Notes: a model not told the origin generated them from the sequence alone. Positions 17,468-26,922 are shown, counted from the first letter of the stretch. The stretch: DNA of 64,000 bases from an uncultured Spirochaetaceae bacterium (GCA_964623865.1 CAZUVX010000001.1:96304-160303), one strand, 5' to 3'. Translations and numbers: made by a program.

Positions 17468-18414
17468 TGCTCTCCCTCCCCCCGCGAAACTGGGCCCTCC
17501 GGGGGATACTCACGGGGGTTGAGCGTTGCGAAGACGGGGTAGTGATCGCTCGGGTAGTGCCCGCGGTAACGATGGTACGCTACTTCGGCGCCGGTGATCG
17601 CGAAATGGTGCGAAGCGAAGACATAATCGACCCGTGGCCACGGAGAAACCCCCATGAATGCGTGGAAGGTTCCGTTTCGGGAGCCCCGGAGGGCGTCGTG
17701 CATCGGGAGCTCCTCCCGAATCGTGCGCACTTGCCGGGAACCGGGGAAGGAGTTGAAGTCCCCGCCCAGAATCACGGGCGCATCCCCGGCAATCATCCGT
17801 ACGCGTTCCACGAGAATGCGGGAGGCTTGCCGCTTATGCCTCGTCAGATAGGGGTGCAAGTGGACGTTGAAGACGTAGAGGTGATCTTGCAGCTCCCGGT
17901 CGTAGAGGCGCACCCACCGGGAGAAGCGGGGTGACCAGGTCCCCCAGGAGTAGCTATAGGGATTGTCCGGGTTCTCGCAGAAGTAGAAGACTCCGGTATC
18001 CTCAACGGTGAACCTCGCTGCGCGGTAGAGGATGGGATTCGAGCTCTCGAGGCGTTCGCGGTGCTCCGCCCCGACAAGGGAGTACTCCGGGAGCAGACTG
18101 TAGATGTCCGCGATCTGGCGTCCCGGGAGCAACCTCACGCCGTCCCATGTCGTGACTTCCTGCAGCAACAGGATGTCCGGGTTGTGGACACGGATGATCG
18201 AGGTCACCCCTTCGCGGCGGCGAACCCAGCTCCGCCGGCCTGAACTGCCGTATTCATCGAACCTGATGTTGTAGGTGCCCACGATCATGGTGTGGTTCGT
18301 TTCCGGATCCTGAGATTGCCGGCCCGCTGCGCCGTCGGTCACGGTCGTGCAAGCCGCCATGGAGACCGCAAGGGCAACAAATGTCCCGAGGCGCAGAATC
18401 GTACGTCTGTTCAC
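17464..18414 (-). CDS. Endonuclease/exonuclease/phosphatase (EEP) family lipoprotein
   Basis: Signal/lipobox MNRRTILRLGTFVALAVSMAAC. EEP blocks: VGTYNIRFD, PDILLLQEV, VFNVHL, ILGGDFNS, SDHYPVFATL. Confidence 0.8.
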   Translation of the reverse strand: MNRRTILRLGTFVALAVSMAACTTVTDGAAGRQSQDPETNHTMIVGTYNIRFDEYGSSGRRSWVRRREGVTSIIRVHNPDILLLQEVTTWDGVRLLPGRQIADIYSLLPEYSLVGAEHRERLESSNPILYRAARFTVEDTGVFYFCENPDNPYSYSWGTWSPRFSRWVRLYDRELQDHLYVFNVHLHPYLTRHKRQASRILVERVRMIAGDAPVILGGDFNSFPGSRQVRTIREELPMHDALRGSRNGTFHAFMGVSPWPRVDYVFASHHFAITGAEVAYHRYRGHYPSDHYPVFATLNPREYPPEGPVSRGEGEQ

Positions 18415-18493
18415 GAGGCAAACCTACCATACGGGTTCGACCCGCGCTACCGCCGGCCGAACGATCTTGCGACGTGCAGGACGCCCCGGTATC

Positions 18494-19186
18494 ATGCGAC
18501 TCATGGCCAACGCGAAAGACCTTCCTCCACAACTCGCGCCGTCGGAGATTCACCACGAGAGCGGCGGCGCCATCGAAGAGATCTTCAACAGCATTACCCA
18601 CGCAATCGGAGTCGGACTCTCGATCGCAGGCTTTGTGGCACTCATCATGCTCACAAACCAGGACCCCGATCCGTGGAAGTACATTGCGTTCAGCGTATAC
18701 GGCACGTCGCAGATTCTTCTGTTTCTTTCGTCGACGCTCCTGCACAGCTTCGCGGCAATGCCCCGGATCCGCTACTACCTGAGGATCATCGACACCATCT
18801 TCATCTACGTGTTGATCGCCGGCACCTACACGCCCCTCGCCCTGGTCGCCATGCGGGACTCGATCGGGTGGATCGTCTTCGGAATCATCTGGGGACTTGC
18901 CCTGGTCGGGATCGTGTTGAAGAGCGCGGTGTTCAAGGAACGTCACATCCTGACCGATCTGCTCTACGTGCCGATGGGATGGCTCATCCTGCCGTTCTTT
19001 CGACCGGTATTGGAGTCGACTCCCACGGGCTTCGTTGCCTGGGCGCTCATCGGGGGGATCTGCTACACCGTAGGAGTGGGGTTCTACGCCTGGAAGAACC
19101 TTCCGTTCAGCCACACCATCTGGCATCTCTTCGTGATTGCCGGGAGTTTCAGCTTCTTCATGGCCTACTCGGTGCATCTGGCGTGA
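18494..19186 (+). CDS. Hemolysin III / PAQR-family membrane protein
   Basis: EEIFNSITHAIGVGLSIAGFVALI...SSTLLHSF...DTIFIYVLIAGTYTP...WHLFVIAGSFSFF has 7 TM spans and PAQR motifs. The start is trimmed to the ATG at 18494 (alternative 18503), because the track start would overlap the divergent EEP gene. Confidence 0.85.
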   Translation: MRLMANAKDLPPQLAPSEIHHESGGAIEEIFNSITHAIGVGLSIAGFVALIMLTNQDPDPWKYIAFSVYGTSQILLFLSSTLLHSFAAMPRIRYYLRIIDTIFIYVLIAGTYTPLALVAMRDSIGWIVFGIIWGLALVGIVLKSAVFKERHILTDLLYVPMGWLILPFFRPVLESTPTGFVAWALIGGICYTVGVGFYAWKNLPFSHTIWHLFVIAGSFSFFMAYSVHLA

Positions 19187-19246
19187 GTGCGCCTGCGGGC
19201 GGATTGAGCTACCGCGGCCCTTCCGGCGTCCCGCCGACGCGAAGGG

Positions 19247-21022
19247 TCACGACCGGCCCTGTCGGCCGGTCACCGGGGGAGTGACCGCAGCCACTCGCGC
19301 GATGATGACTTCATGACCGGCGAGGGTAAGCGCCGTCGCGTCGAGGTCAACGTCGGCCTCCCGGTGGGTGCCGAGCAGGATCGTGGCGGGAGCCACGTCT
19401 CGGCCGAGGGCCACTGTGCGCCGCCATGGCGCAAAGTTCAGGACGACGAGGATGCGCTCCTCGGGACACTCCCGGAGGTACGCCAGCACGTTGCGCCTGC
19501 CTTCACATACAATAGTGAACTCTCCACTCAGAAGTGCAGGGTGGCTGCGCCGGAGCGCAATGACCCTCCGGTAGAAGGCGAGAAGCGAATCGGGATCGCG
19601 GATTTGCGATTCGACGTTTCGCTCGCGGTAGTCCGGATGGAGAGGGAGCCACGGCGCGACCCGCGAGAAGCCGCCGTGCCGTCGTGGCGACCACTGCATG
19701 GGAGTGCGCTCGCCGTCCCGGCCGAAGGGAAAGGGCCAGGTCCGCCGGCCAAGAGGATCCTGCAACTGCTGCCGAGGAATCGGGCGATTGCGCATCCCGA
19801 TTTCCTCACCGTAGTAGAGGAAGGGCGTGCCCTTCACGGTGAGGAGCATGGCCGCGGCAATCCTCGCGCGGTTGTCGGTGTGGCGCCCGAAGGCGTACCG
19901 GGAGATGTGGCGCTTCTGGTCGTGATTGCTCAAGGTGAAGTTCGGCCATGCGCCCTTGGGCAGTACCTGGTACCAGCGCTTCGCGGCGCGGGCAAAGCGA
20001 CGTGCGTTCCAGGGCTGAAACAGGAACTCGAAGTTGAAGGCGAGGTGGAGCTCGTCATTCTCCTCACCGTGGTAGGATGAAGCCAGCTCGGGGTCGTCAT
20101 GAAAGACCTCACCCACCAGGAGACGATCCCCGTAGGAGTCGGCGAGGGCGCGCATTTCCCGGCAGATCTGATGAGTTTCCGGCCGGTTGCGATCGTAGAT
20201 GTGCTTCTGGAAGAGATCCGGAGTAAGGCGAAAGGAGTGCGGATTGTTCCGGAACTGGTCGTCCTTGATGAACCAGTTGATCACATCCAGGCGGAACCCA
20301 TCCACCCCTTCGTCCAACCAAAAACGCATAACGTCGTACATCGCATTGCGGAGCTCCCGATTGCGCCAGTTGAACTCGGGCTGGTGGCGAGTGAAGGTGC
20401 CCAGGTAGTACTCCTTCGTTGCCTCGTTCCAGTGCCATGCGTTGCGTACCTCGAAGCTGCTCAGCCAGTTGCTCGGCCGGCGTGGACGGAGGCGGCCCCT
20501 GAGGCACGGTATTCGCCGGGGCAGACCGGGGTGCCAGATGTACCAGTCGTGCTTCGGGTCGTTGCGGCTGCTCCGCGCTTCCTTGAACCAGGAGTGCTGG
20601 TCCGACGAGTGATTGAGAACCAGGTCAATAATGACCCGGATTCCCCTGGAGTGGGCCTCCCGGATCAGCTCGCGGAAGTCCTCCATGGTGCCGAAGCGGG
20701 GATCGACATCGGTGTAGTCGGAGACATCATACCCGAAGTCCTTCATGGGCGACGGATAGAACGGAGAGAGCCAGATAGCATCGATCCCCAGAGAATCGGG
20801 CCGCCCTTTCAGGTAGTCGAGACGCTCGGTAATGCCGGGAAGGTCCCCGACGCCGTTGCGGCTTGTGTCCTGGAAGGAGCGCGGATAGATCTGGTAGAAG
20901 ACGGCCTGCCGCCACCATGGCTGACGCGCCGCAGGGGCGCGATCTACCTGCTCCAGCTGCGTGATGGGCGAGTCGGCGGCTCCTTCATGAGCTTCCGTGT
21001 GTGGCAGTGATGTGTCCGGCAC
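19247..21022 (-). CDS. GH13 alpha-glucosidase / oligo-1,6-glucosidase-type glycoside hydrolase
   Basis: WWRQAVFYQIYPRSFQDTSRNGVGDLPGITERLDYL...GIDAIWLSPFYPSPMKDFGYDVSDY...VIIDLVLNHSSDQHSWF...GVDGFRLDVINW...LVGEVF...LSNHDQ are conserved regions I-IV of the alpha-amylase family. GTG start. Confidence 0.87.
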   Translation of the reverse strand: MPDTSLPHTEAHEGAADSPITQLEQVDRAPAARQPWWRQAVFYQIYPRSFQDTSRNGVGDLPGITERLDYLKGRPDSLGIDAIWLSPFYPSPMKDFGYDVSDYTDVDPRFGTMEDFRELIREAHSRGIRVIIDLVLNHSSDQHSWFKEARSSRNDPKHDWYIWHPGLPRRIPCLRGRLRPRRPSNWLSSFEVRNAWHWNEATKEYYLGTFTRHQPEFNWRNRELRNAMYDVMRFWLDEGVDGFRLDVINWFIKDDQFRNNPHSFRLTPDLFQKHIYDRNRPETHQICREMRALADSYGDRLLVGEVFHDDPELASSYHGEENDELHLAFNFEFLFQPWNARRFARAAKRWYQVLPKGAWPNFTLSNHDQKRHISRYAFGRHTDNRARIAAAMLLTVKGTPFLYYGEEIGMRNRPIPRQQLQDPLGRRTWPFPFGRDGERTPMQWSPRRHGGFSRVAPWLPLHPDYRERNVESQIRDPDSLLAFYRRVIALRRSHPALLSGEFTIVCEGRRNVLAYLRECPEERILVVLNFAPWRRTVALGRDVAPATILLGTHREADVDLDATALTLAGHEVIIARVAAVTPPVTGRQGRS

Positions 21023-21088
21023 CGCAGTGTAGGGGTTCGCCGTCCGGTACGAGCGGCCGGAGCCGCTCGCGCCGGTGGCGGACCGATC

Positions 21089-22114
21089 CTAGAGTTTGCT
21101 GAAGATGAGCGCGAGCTCGGCCATACGGTAGCTGAATCCCATCTCGTTGTCGTAGAAGCTCGTCGCCTTGACGAGGGTCGTCCCTCCCTGGGGTACAACC
21201 AGGATGTTCGTGGTGATCATGGACGACCAGGGCTCACCAACCACGTCCTGAGAGACCTGGTAGTAGTCACCAAAGTAGACGGTTTGCTTCATGATGGTCG
21301 AATCGTTGATCTTCTTGACGTTCTCCTGAATCGCCTTCACGACCTCTTCCTTGGAGGGCTCGCCCTCAATGTGGAAGATGCCTTCCACCACGCTGCCCGT
21401 GTCGGTGGGTACGCGCAGTGCCGTGCCGTTGAGCTTCCCGTTCAGGTGCGGCAGCACCTTCCCGACGGCAATTGCCGCACCGGTTGAGGCGGGAATGACG
21501 TTGTTCAGGGTCTGTCGATTCTTGGCACCGCCGAAGTAGTCGACGACCCGCTGCGTGGCCGTTGCGGCGTGCGTCGTCGACATGAGGCCGCCGAGGACCT
21601 TGTAGCTCATATCGATCGCCTTCGTGAGGGGAGCCAGACAGTTCGTCGTGCAGCTGGCGTTGGAGACGATCTTCTCATCGGCCGTCAGCGTGTCATGATT
21701 GACCCCGACGACGACGGTGTGGGTGTCGTCTTTGGCGGGGGCCGATATGATGACTCTCTTCGCGCCCTGGTTGATGTGCGCCATGGACTTCTCGGAAGTC
21801 AGGTAGAAGCCGGTGCACTCGAAGACCACATCAACATTGTGCTTGCCCCAGGGAATGTTGGATGCGTCCTTCTCCGCGTACATTGCAACCTCGTGGCGGC
21901 CCACCTTGATGGTGTTCTCATCCTTCAGGGCGACGTCGACAGGGAAGCGGCCGTAGATCGAGTCGCGGGGAAGACTCGCCGCAATGTCCTTTGCGGAAAA
22001 GAGGTCGTTACCCGCAACAATATCGATCTCATTGTCAAAGGTGCTGGTGATGACGCGCATGATGTTCTTGCCGATGCGCCCCATCCCGTTGAAGCCTACG
22101 CGGATCTTTGCCAT
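21089..22114 (-). CDS. gap: Glyceraldehyde-3-phosphate dehydrogenase
   Basis: MAKIRVGFNGMGRIGKNIMRV...SNASCTTNCLAPL (active-site Cys)...WYDNE-like YDNEMGFSYRM. AAGGAG RBS. Confidence 0.95.
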   Translation of the reverse strand: MAKIRVGFNGMGRIGKNIMRVITSTFDNEIDIVAGNDLFSAKDIAASLPRDSIYGRFPVDVALKDENTIKVGRHEVAMYAEKDASNIPWGKHNVDVVFECTGFYLTSEKSMAHINQGAKRVIISAPAKDDTHTVVVGVNHDTLTADEKIVSNASCTTNCLAPLTKAIDMSYKVLGGLMSTTHAATATQRVVDYFGGAKNRQTLNNVIPASTGAAIAVGKVLPHLNGKLNGTALRVPTDTGSVVEGIFHIEGEPSKEEVVKAIQENVKKINDSTIMKQTVYFGDYYQVSQDVVGEPWSSMITTNILVVPQGGTTLVKATSFYDNEMGFSYRMAELALIFSKL

Positions 22115-22142
22115 GTGTTACTCCTTCGATAGAATCGTGAAT

Positions 22143-22171
22143 CTTATATCGTGCCTCGCCAAAAGTTTCAA
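22143..22171 (-). promoter_or_regulatory. Candidate sigma-70 promoter of gap
   Basis: The minus strand reads TTGAAA (22171-22166), N17, TATAAG (22148-22143), about 28 nt upstream of the gap ATG. Confidence 0.5.
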
Positions 22172-22280
22172 CGCCACGGGTAGCGTCTCCGGCGCCGGGT
22201 GTTGCCCGGAACGTGTTGCCCGGAACGTGTCGCCCGGGCCGGAGGCTGCGAGAGCTCCTCTCAAGCACCGGTGGCTCCTG

Positions 22281-22289
22281 TGCGATAAT
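22281..22289 (+). promoter_or_regulatory. Extended -10 element (TGcGATAAT) 5 nt upstream of the ATG at 22295; implies a leaderless transcript
   Basis: tgcgataat lies at 22281-22289. There is no Shine-Dalgarno sequence between it and the start codon, and no good -35 box. Confidence 0.3.
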
Positions 22290-22294
22290 GAAAC

Positions 22295-23584
22295 ATGACG
22301 AAGACGCGACCGGCTGCTGCGATCCTCGCCGCGCTCCCCGTTCTCCTTCTCCTCGTGACGACGTGCGCCACTCAGTCGAGCCCTGCTCCTCCTCCGCCTC
22401 CCCACGCGCCGACGCCGGTCGAGAGGACCCCCGTCGAGGCCGATCCGGGTGAGGTCCCTTCGCCCCCGGAAGTGCTGCCTGACTACACCGGGGTCCCGGA
22501 GCTTGTTGTGGAGTGGGAGCGGCCGGTGGGAGACAGTGTCGAAGAGGCCCTCGCTTACGAAGCAGCGACGGAGACTCTCTACGTCGGGACGCGCAGCGGC
22601 CTGGTCCTCGCCGTCGACGCCGCCACCGGCGAGAATCGGTGGCTCCACGATGCAGTAGGAGAGGTCTCCTCGGCGCCTGCCTTCGACGACAGCCGGGTGT
22701 ACGTGGGTTTTCGCGAACCCGGAGGCGCTGTTGCCCTTGACAAGGCGACCGGGCGGCTCCTGTGGCGGACCGTCGCGGTGGGCTGGGTCGCCCGCGATCC
22801 CGTCGTCTCGCACAACACCGTGCTCTTCGTGAGCGATGCCAATCTCCTGGCGCTCTCTCCGCGCACAGGCGAGCGACTCGCGACGTACGAGCTTTCGGTG
22901 CCCGACGGCGCCGAGCTGAACAACCTGAATCTGTGGGGTGACGGTCTCATCGCGTCCTACCTGGGCCGCGCCGGGGCGGGCGTCGTCATTGTCCCGCGGG
23001 TGCGAAACACGCGCTCGGTCTCGTACTCTCTCGACCACGAAGTGGTAGACCTCCGCATCACGGCGGACGAGGGAGTCCTCGTGCACGGTCCCGCCGGCAC
23101 CGGCGACGGCACTGTCCTGACGGTGGTGGAGGGGGTGGAGCAACCGGAGAGGAGTGACGACGCTCCGGTCGTCGTGGACCGCTTCCGGTCCGGCTCCAGG
23201 CTTCTGGGTGTCGTCCATGAACGCCTGCTCATGAGCACGGTCCCCCCTGCAGTCACATCCTTCTCGTCGGTTTCGCCGGAAGGGCTCACAGAGGTGTGGC
23301 GAACTTTGCGCTACCACCCCGGTGAGCGTGCACAGCGCTGGGCGCCTTCGGGGTTGCGGCCGGCGGGACTCCAGGTGTCCGGATCGGTCGCGGTGTCGGG
23401 ACGCGGAGTGGAGGGAATCGTCGGCTACGACCCCGCGACCGGGGAGATCCTCTACCACTTCGAGCTGGAGGAGGGTGTCGTGGTCCGGGGTTTTGCGGCG
23501 GGTCCGGAGCGGCTCTACCTTCTGCTGAGCACCGCCACGGGCGGGCGGGCCACGCTCGTAGCTCTCTCCACACCCGGACGCTGA
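22295..23584 (+). CDS. PQQ-like beta-propeller repeat lipoprotein (BamB-like fold)
   Basis: Signal/lipobox MTKTRPAAAILAALPVLLLLVTTC. Repeated propeller-like units follow (LYVGTRSGLVLAVDAATGENRWLH, VYVGFREPGGAVALDKATGRLLWR, VLFVSDANLLALSPRTGERL). The antisense 492-aa ORF is R-rich junk. Confidence 0.7.
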   Translation: MTKTRPAAAILAALPVLLLLVTTCATQSSPAPPPPPHAPTPVERTPVEADPGEVPSPPEVLPDYTGVPELVVEWERPVGDSVEEALAYEAATETLYVGTRSGLVLAVDAATGENRWLHDAVGEVSSAPAFDDSRVYVGFREPGGAVALDKATGRLLWRTVAVGWVARDPVVSHNTVLFVSDANLLALSPRTGERLATYELSVPDGAELNNLNLWGDGLIASYLGRAGAGVVIVPRVRNTRSVSYSLDHEVVDLRITADEGVLVHGPAGTGDGTVLTVVEGVEQPERSDDAPVVVDRFRSGSRLLGVVHERLLMSTVPPAVTSFSSVSPEGLTEVWRTLRYHPGERAQRWAPSGLRPAGLQVSGSVAVSGRGVEGIVGYDPATGEILYHFELEEGVVVRGFAAGPERLYLLLSTATGGRATLVALSTPGR

Positions 23585-23598
23585 CGGCTCGTCCAATT

Positions 23599-24684
23599 AT
23601 GACGGATGTGATACAGTACCGCCGGACCATGAGAAACAATGGGGTCGCACAGCGCACGACCACTCATCCGGTCGGAACCATGCCCGCCATGTACGACATG
23701 CTGGAACGGGTCAGCCGCACCTTTGCACTCTCGAATCGCTGCCTCCCACGGCGCTTTCGGCGCGCCATGACCATTGCCTACTTGCTGCTCCGGGTCTCCG
23801 ACTTCCTCGAGGACAATCACCTCCTGCCTCCGCCGCAGAAGCGCGACCTGCTTCGCTTGTGGGACCGGATTCTCGCGGGAGTGGCGAGGAAGCGGCAGCT
23901 CCTCCGTGAGCTTCGAGAGGTGCCCATTGAAGATGACGATGCCGAAGGGGAGGTTGCAACGCGCTTTCCGGAGATCTTGCGGCGCCTCGCTCTCCTGCCC
24001 GGTCCACAGCACCGCGTCGTGGTTGACCGTGTGCGGGAGTCCACCCGGGGAATGGCGTTGTGGCAGGAGCGGGGCTCACCGGACAAGCCCGGATCGGTCT
24101 TCGAGTGCGAGGCGGATCTCGACGACTACATGCACTACGTCGCCGGCATTGTCGGGTACATGATCACGGAGGTGTTCTCGGAGGTGTCGGTTCTGATCTC
24201 GGTTCGACGTCGCACTCTCATGCCCCTTGGTCGGGAGTACGGGCTCGGTCTGCAGACGGTCAACGTCATCCGTGGCCTGCACAAGGACCATGCGCGGGGC
24301 TGGGTCTTTGTGCCGCAGAGCTTCTGCGAAGCGGAAGACCTCTCGCCGGAGCAGCTCTTTGATCCTGCGTATCTCCCCCGGTCACTCCGCGTTGTGCATC
24401 GCCTGATTGCCAAGGCTGAGCGGCACCTCCTGGCGGGTCTCTCCTTCGTCATGAAGATGCCGCGAAGCATGCACCGCGTTCGGCTGGCCACCATGTGGCC
24501 CCTCCTGTTCGCGGCGCGAACCCTCGCGATAAGCCGCAACAATCCGCAGGTTCTTCTGGGAGAAGCCAAGATCTCGCGGCGGGAGGTCAAGGCAATCATT
24601 CGCCACACCACCGCCCTCGGCTGGTCGAACACGTGGTTGCACCACTACTATCGCTCGATCCTGGAGGATCCACCGGCGGCGTGA
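23599..24684 (+). CDS. Squalene/phytoene synthase family (trans-isoprenyl diphosphate synthase, head-to-head)
   Basis: MLERVSRTFALSNRCLPRRFRRAMTIAYLLLRVSDFLEDN contains the first Asp-rich box. ...EADLDDYMHYVAGIVGYM contains the second. The start is uncertain (ATGs at 23599, 23629, 23680, 23689). Confidence 0.75.
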   Translation: MTDVIQYRRTMRNNGVAQRTTTHPVGTMPAMYDMLERVSRTFALSNRCLPRRFRRAMTIAYLLLRVSDFLEDNHLLPPPQKRDLLRLWDRILAGVARKRQLLRELREVPIEDDDAEGEVATRFPEILRRLALLPGPQHRVVVDRVRESTRGMALWQERGSPDKPGSVFECEADLDDYMHYVAGIVGYMITEVFSEVSVLISVRRRTLMPLGREYGLGLQTVNVIRGLHKDHARGWVFVPQSFCEAEDLSPEQLFDPAYLPRSLRVVHRLIAKAERHLLAGLSFVMKMPRSMHRVRLATMWPLLFAARTLAISRNNPQVLLGEAKISRREVKAIIRHTTALGWSNTWLHHYYRSILEDPPAA

Positions 24685-24761
24685 TACCCTCTCGGACCCG
24701 GCGGAGGCACGGCACGGCGACGCCGAGCCGTGCGCCCATCCGGAGGATGGGGGTGACTACC

Positions 24762-25715
24762 TCACGGTACAATGTGCGTGCCGGTCTTGCCGTCCAGGGC
24801 GTCGCCGGCTTTGTGAAGGGACGTGATGATGGCTTCCTTGTTGGACCACTTCACGAATCGAATCGCCGCCTGAACCTTCGGGCCCATGGAGCCCTTCAGG
24901 AAGTGCCCCGCATCGAGGTAATCCTCGGCTTCCTTGACGGTGAGCTTGTCCAGATCCTTCTGGTCGGGCTTGCCGAAGTTGAGGGCAACCTTCTCGACGT
25001 CGGTGAGAATCACGAACTTTTGCGCTTCGACCGCCTGGGCGAGCTTGAAACCCGCCCGGTCCTTGTCGATAACCGCTTCGATACCGGTGTAGCTGCCGTC
25101 GTCGGCCTTCTCGACGGGAATGCCGCCGCCACCGGAGGCAATGACAATGAAGCCGTCTTTGACGAGAGACCGGACCGAATCCCGTTCGACAATGTCGATC
25201 GGCTCGGGAGAGGGGACTACCCGGCGCCACCCCTTCTCGGTCCCGGGTTTGACTTCTCGAACGACGTACCCCTTCTCCTCGCGGAGCTGTTCGGCAACCT
25301 CCTTCGTGTAGAAGGGGCCGACCGGCTTGCTCGGGTCCTGGAAATCGGGATCATCGGCGCTGACCTCTACCTGGGTCACAATGGTGGCAACCTGGCTCTT
25401 CACCTGGTTTGAACCGAGGTGGAAGGCCAGACGGTTCTGCAGCATCCAACCGATCTGCCCCTGCGTCATTGCACCGCACACCGCCAGCGTCTGGGGCGGT
25501 ACCAGCTCCTTCGCCTCTTCCTGCTGAATCAGCAAAGCTCCGGCTTGGGGACCGTTACCGTGGGTGACGACCACCCGATAGCCCTTCTTGGCGAGAAGCG
25601 CGATCTCCGACGCCGTGACGTCCACGTTCTTGAACTGCTCTTCCGTGCTGCCCGACTCATGCGCCTGCTTGATGGCGTTGCCGCCGAGCGCGACGACAAT
25701 AACCTCACCGCTCAT
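24762..25715 (-). CDS. arcC: Carbamate kinase
   Basis: MSGEVIVVALGGNAIKQ...VVVTHGNGPQAG...IASGGGGIPV...VIDKDRAG matches carbamate kinase. I trimmed to the ATG at 25715, which is preceded by AGGAGGA. The track extension (to 25901) is non-protein-like. Confidence 0.9.
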   Translation of the reverse strand: MSGEVIVVALGGNAIKQAHESGSTEEQFKNVDVTASEIALLAKKGYRVVVTHGNGPQAGALLIQQEEAKELVPPQTLAVCGAMTQGQIGWMLQNRLAFHLGSNQVKSQVATIVTQVEVSADDPDFQDPSKPVGPFYTKEVAEQLREEKGYVVREVKPGTEKGWRRVVPSPEPIDIVERDSVRSLVKDGFIVIASGGGGIPVEKADDGSYTGIEAVIDKDRAGFKLAQAVEAQKFVILTDVEKVALNFGKPDQKDLDKLTVKEAEDYLDAGHFLKGSMGPKVQAAIRFVKWSNKEAIITSLHKAGDALDGKTGTHIVP

Positions 25716-25920
25716 GTGTATCCTCCTGATGATGTGAGCAATAGCAACGAAGACGGCCCCCCGCGAGGCAGAGGGCCGTACTGCGTGCCGACAGCAGTGT
25801 AAATGTGACGTGCGAAGTGCGCAAGCGAGTTCACGCAGGCGCAGAAGGGAGACCGCGATCGGAGCGCAGGCGGGGTCCGGCCGACGACCCGGCACCTCCA
25901 CCGGCGCGTCGCATTACCGG

Positions 25921-26922
25921 TTACGACCCGAGGGTCGCAACCATGACCGCCTTGATGGTGTGATACCGGTTCTCGGCCTCATCGAAGACGATGGAGGCTT
26001 CGGACTCGAAGACCTCTTCGGTCACCTCCATTGCGTCGAGGCCGAATTTGTCGTGAATGTCCTTCCCAATGGCGGTCTCGGTGTTGTGGAAGGCGGGCAG
26101 GCAGTGCATGAACTTGACGTCGGGGTTTCCCGTTGCCCGCATGAGCTCAGCCGTGACTTGATAGGGTTTCAGCAGTGAGATCCGCTCCTTCCACTTCTCC
26201 TCCGGTTGACCCATGGATACCCAGACGTCGGTGTAGATGAAGTCGCATCCCGCCACCCCCTTCTCGACATCGTCGGTAACGGTAATGCGGGCACCTGTCT
26301 CCCGGGCAATATCCCGCGCCGTGGCTACGAGTGACTCATTGGGCTGCGTCTCCTTCGGTGCAACCGCCCTAAAGTCCATGCCCAGCTTGGCAGTTCCAAC
26401 CAGCAGCGAGTTTCCCATGTTGTGGGAAGCGTCGCCGAGGAAGGCGACCTTTACGTCCCGGAGCGGCTTCGGTGTGTGCTCCTGAATCGTGAACACGTCC
26501 GCGAGAACCTGGGTGGGGTGAAACTCATCAGTCAGACCGTTCCAGACCGGCACGTTCGAGTGCTCCGCGAGGGCCTCGACGGTGGCCTGGGCGAAGCCGC
26601 GGTACTCAATACCGTCATACATCCGTCCGAGGACGCGGGCGGTATCCTTCATGGACTCCTTCTTGCCCATCTGAGAGCCCGACGGGTCGAGGTATGTCAC
26701 TCGAGCCCCCTGATCGTAGGCCGCCACTTCAAAGGCTGCACGCGTACGGGTGGACGCCTTCTCGAAGATGAGCACGATGTTCTTGCCCGTCAGCGTGGGG
26801 CGCTCCGTGCCGGCGTACTTGGCACGCTTGAGATCGCGCGAAAGGTCGAGAAGATAGTGGATCTCCTTGGGGGTGAAATCCAACAGCTTAACGAAACTAC
26901 GATTCCTCAAATTGAAGGCCAT
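25921..26922 (-). CDS. arcB: Ornithine carbamoyltransferase (catabolic type by context)
   Basis: [13 protein letters not shown] (the carbamoyl-phosphate site STRTR), HPTQVLAD, and the HCLPAFHN motif are all present. It lies upstream of arcC. Confidence 0.9.
   Translation of the reverse strand: MAFNLRNRSFVKLLDFTPKEIHYLLDLSRDLKRAKYAGTERPTLTGKNIVLIFEKASTRTRAAFEVAAYDQGARVTYLDPSGSQMGKKESMKDTARVLGRMYDGIEYRGFAQATVEALAEHSNVPVWNGLTDEFHPTQVLADVFTIQEHTPKPLRDVKVAFLGDASHNMGNSLLVGTAKLGMDFRAVAPKETQPNESLVATARDIARETGARITVTDDVEKGVAGCDFIYTDVWVSMGQPEEKWKERISLLKPYQVTAELMRATGNPDVKFMHCLPAFHNTETAIGKDIHDKFGLDAMEVTEEVFESEASIVFDEAENRYHTIKAVMVATLGS

Noticed and set aside
18254-19284. ORFs 18254..19177 (-) and 18292..19284 (+) overlapping the hemolysin III gene
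   Set aside because: The frame 18494..19186 (+) gives a clean 7-TM PAQR protein with the NSITHAIG and HLFV motifs. The alternative frames are R/P/H-rich.
22118-23596. 492-aa minus-strand ORF opposite the PQQ-propeller lipoprotein gene
   Set aside because: The peptide is dominated by R/G/P/D runs (RRRVGRRRRSRARLSGARRHEE...) with no signal or domain pattern. The plus-strand product has a lipobox and repeated propeller units.
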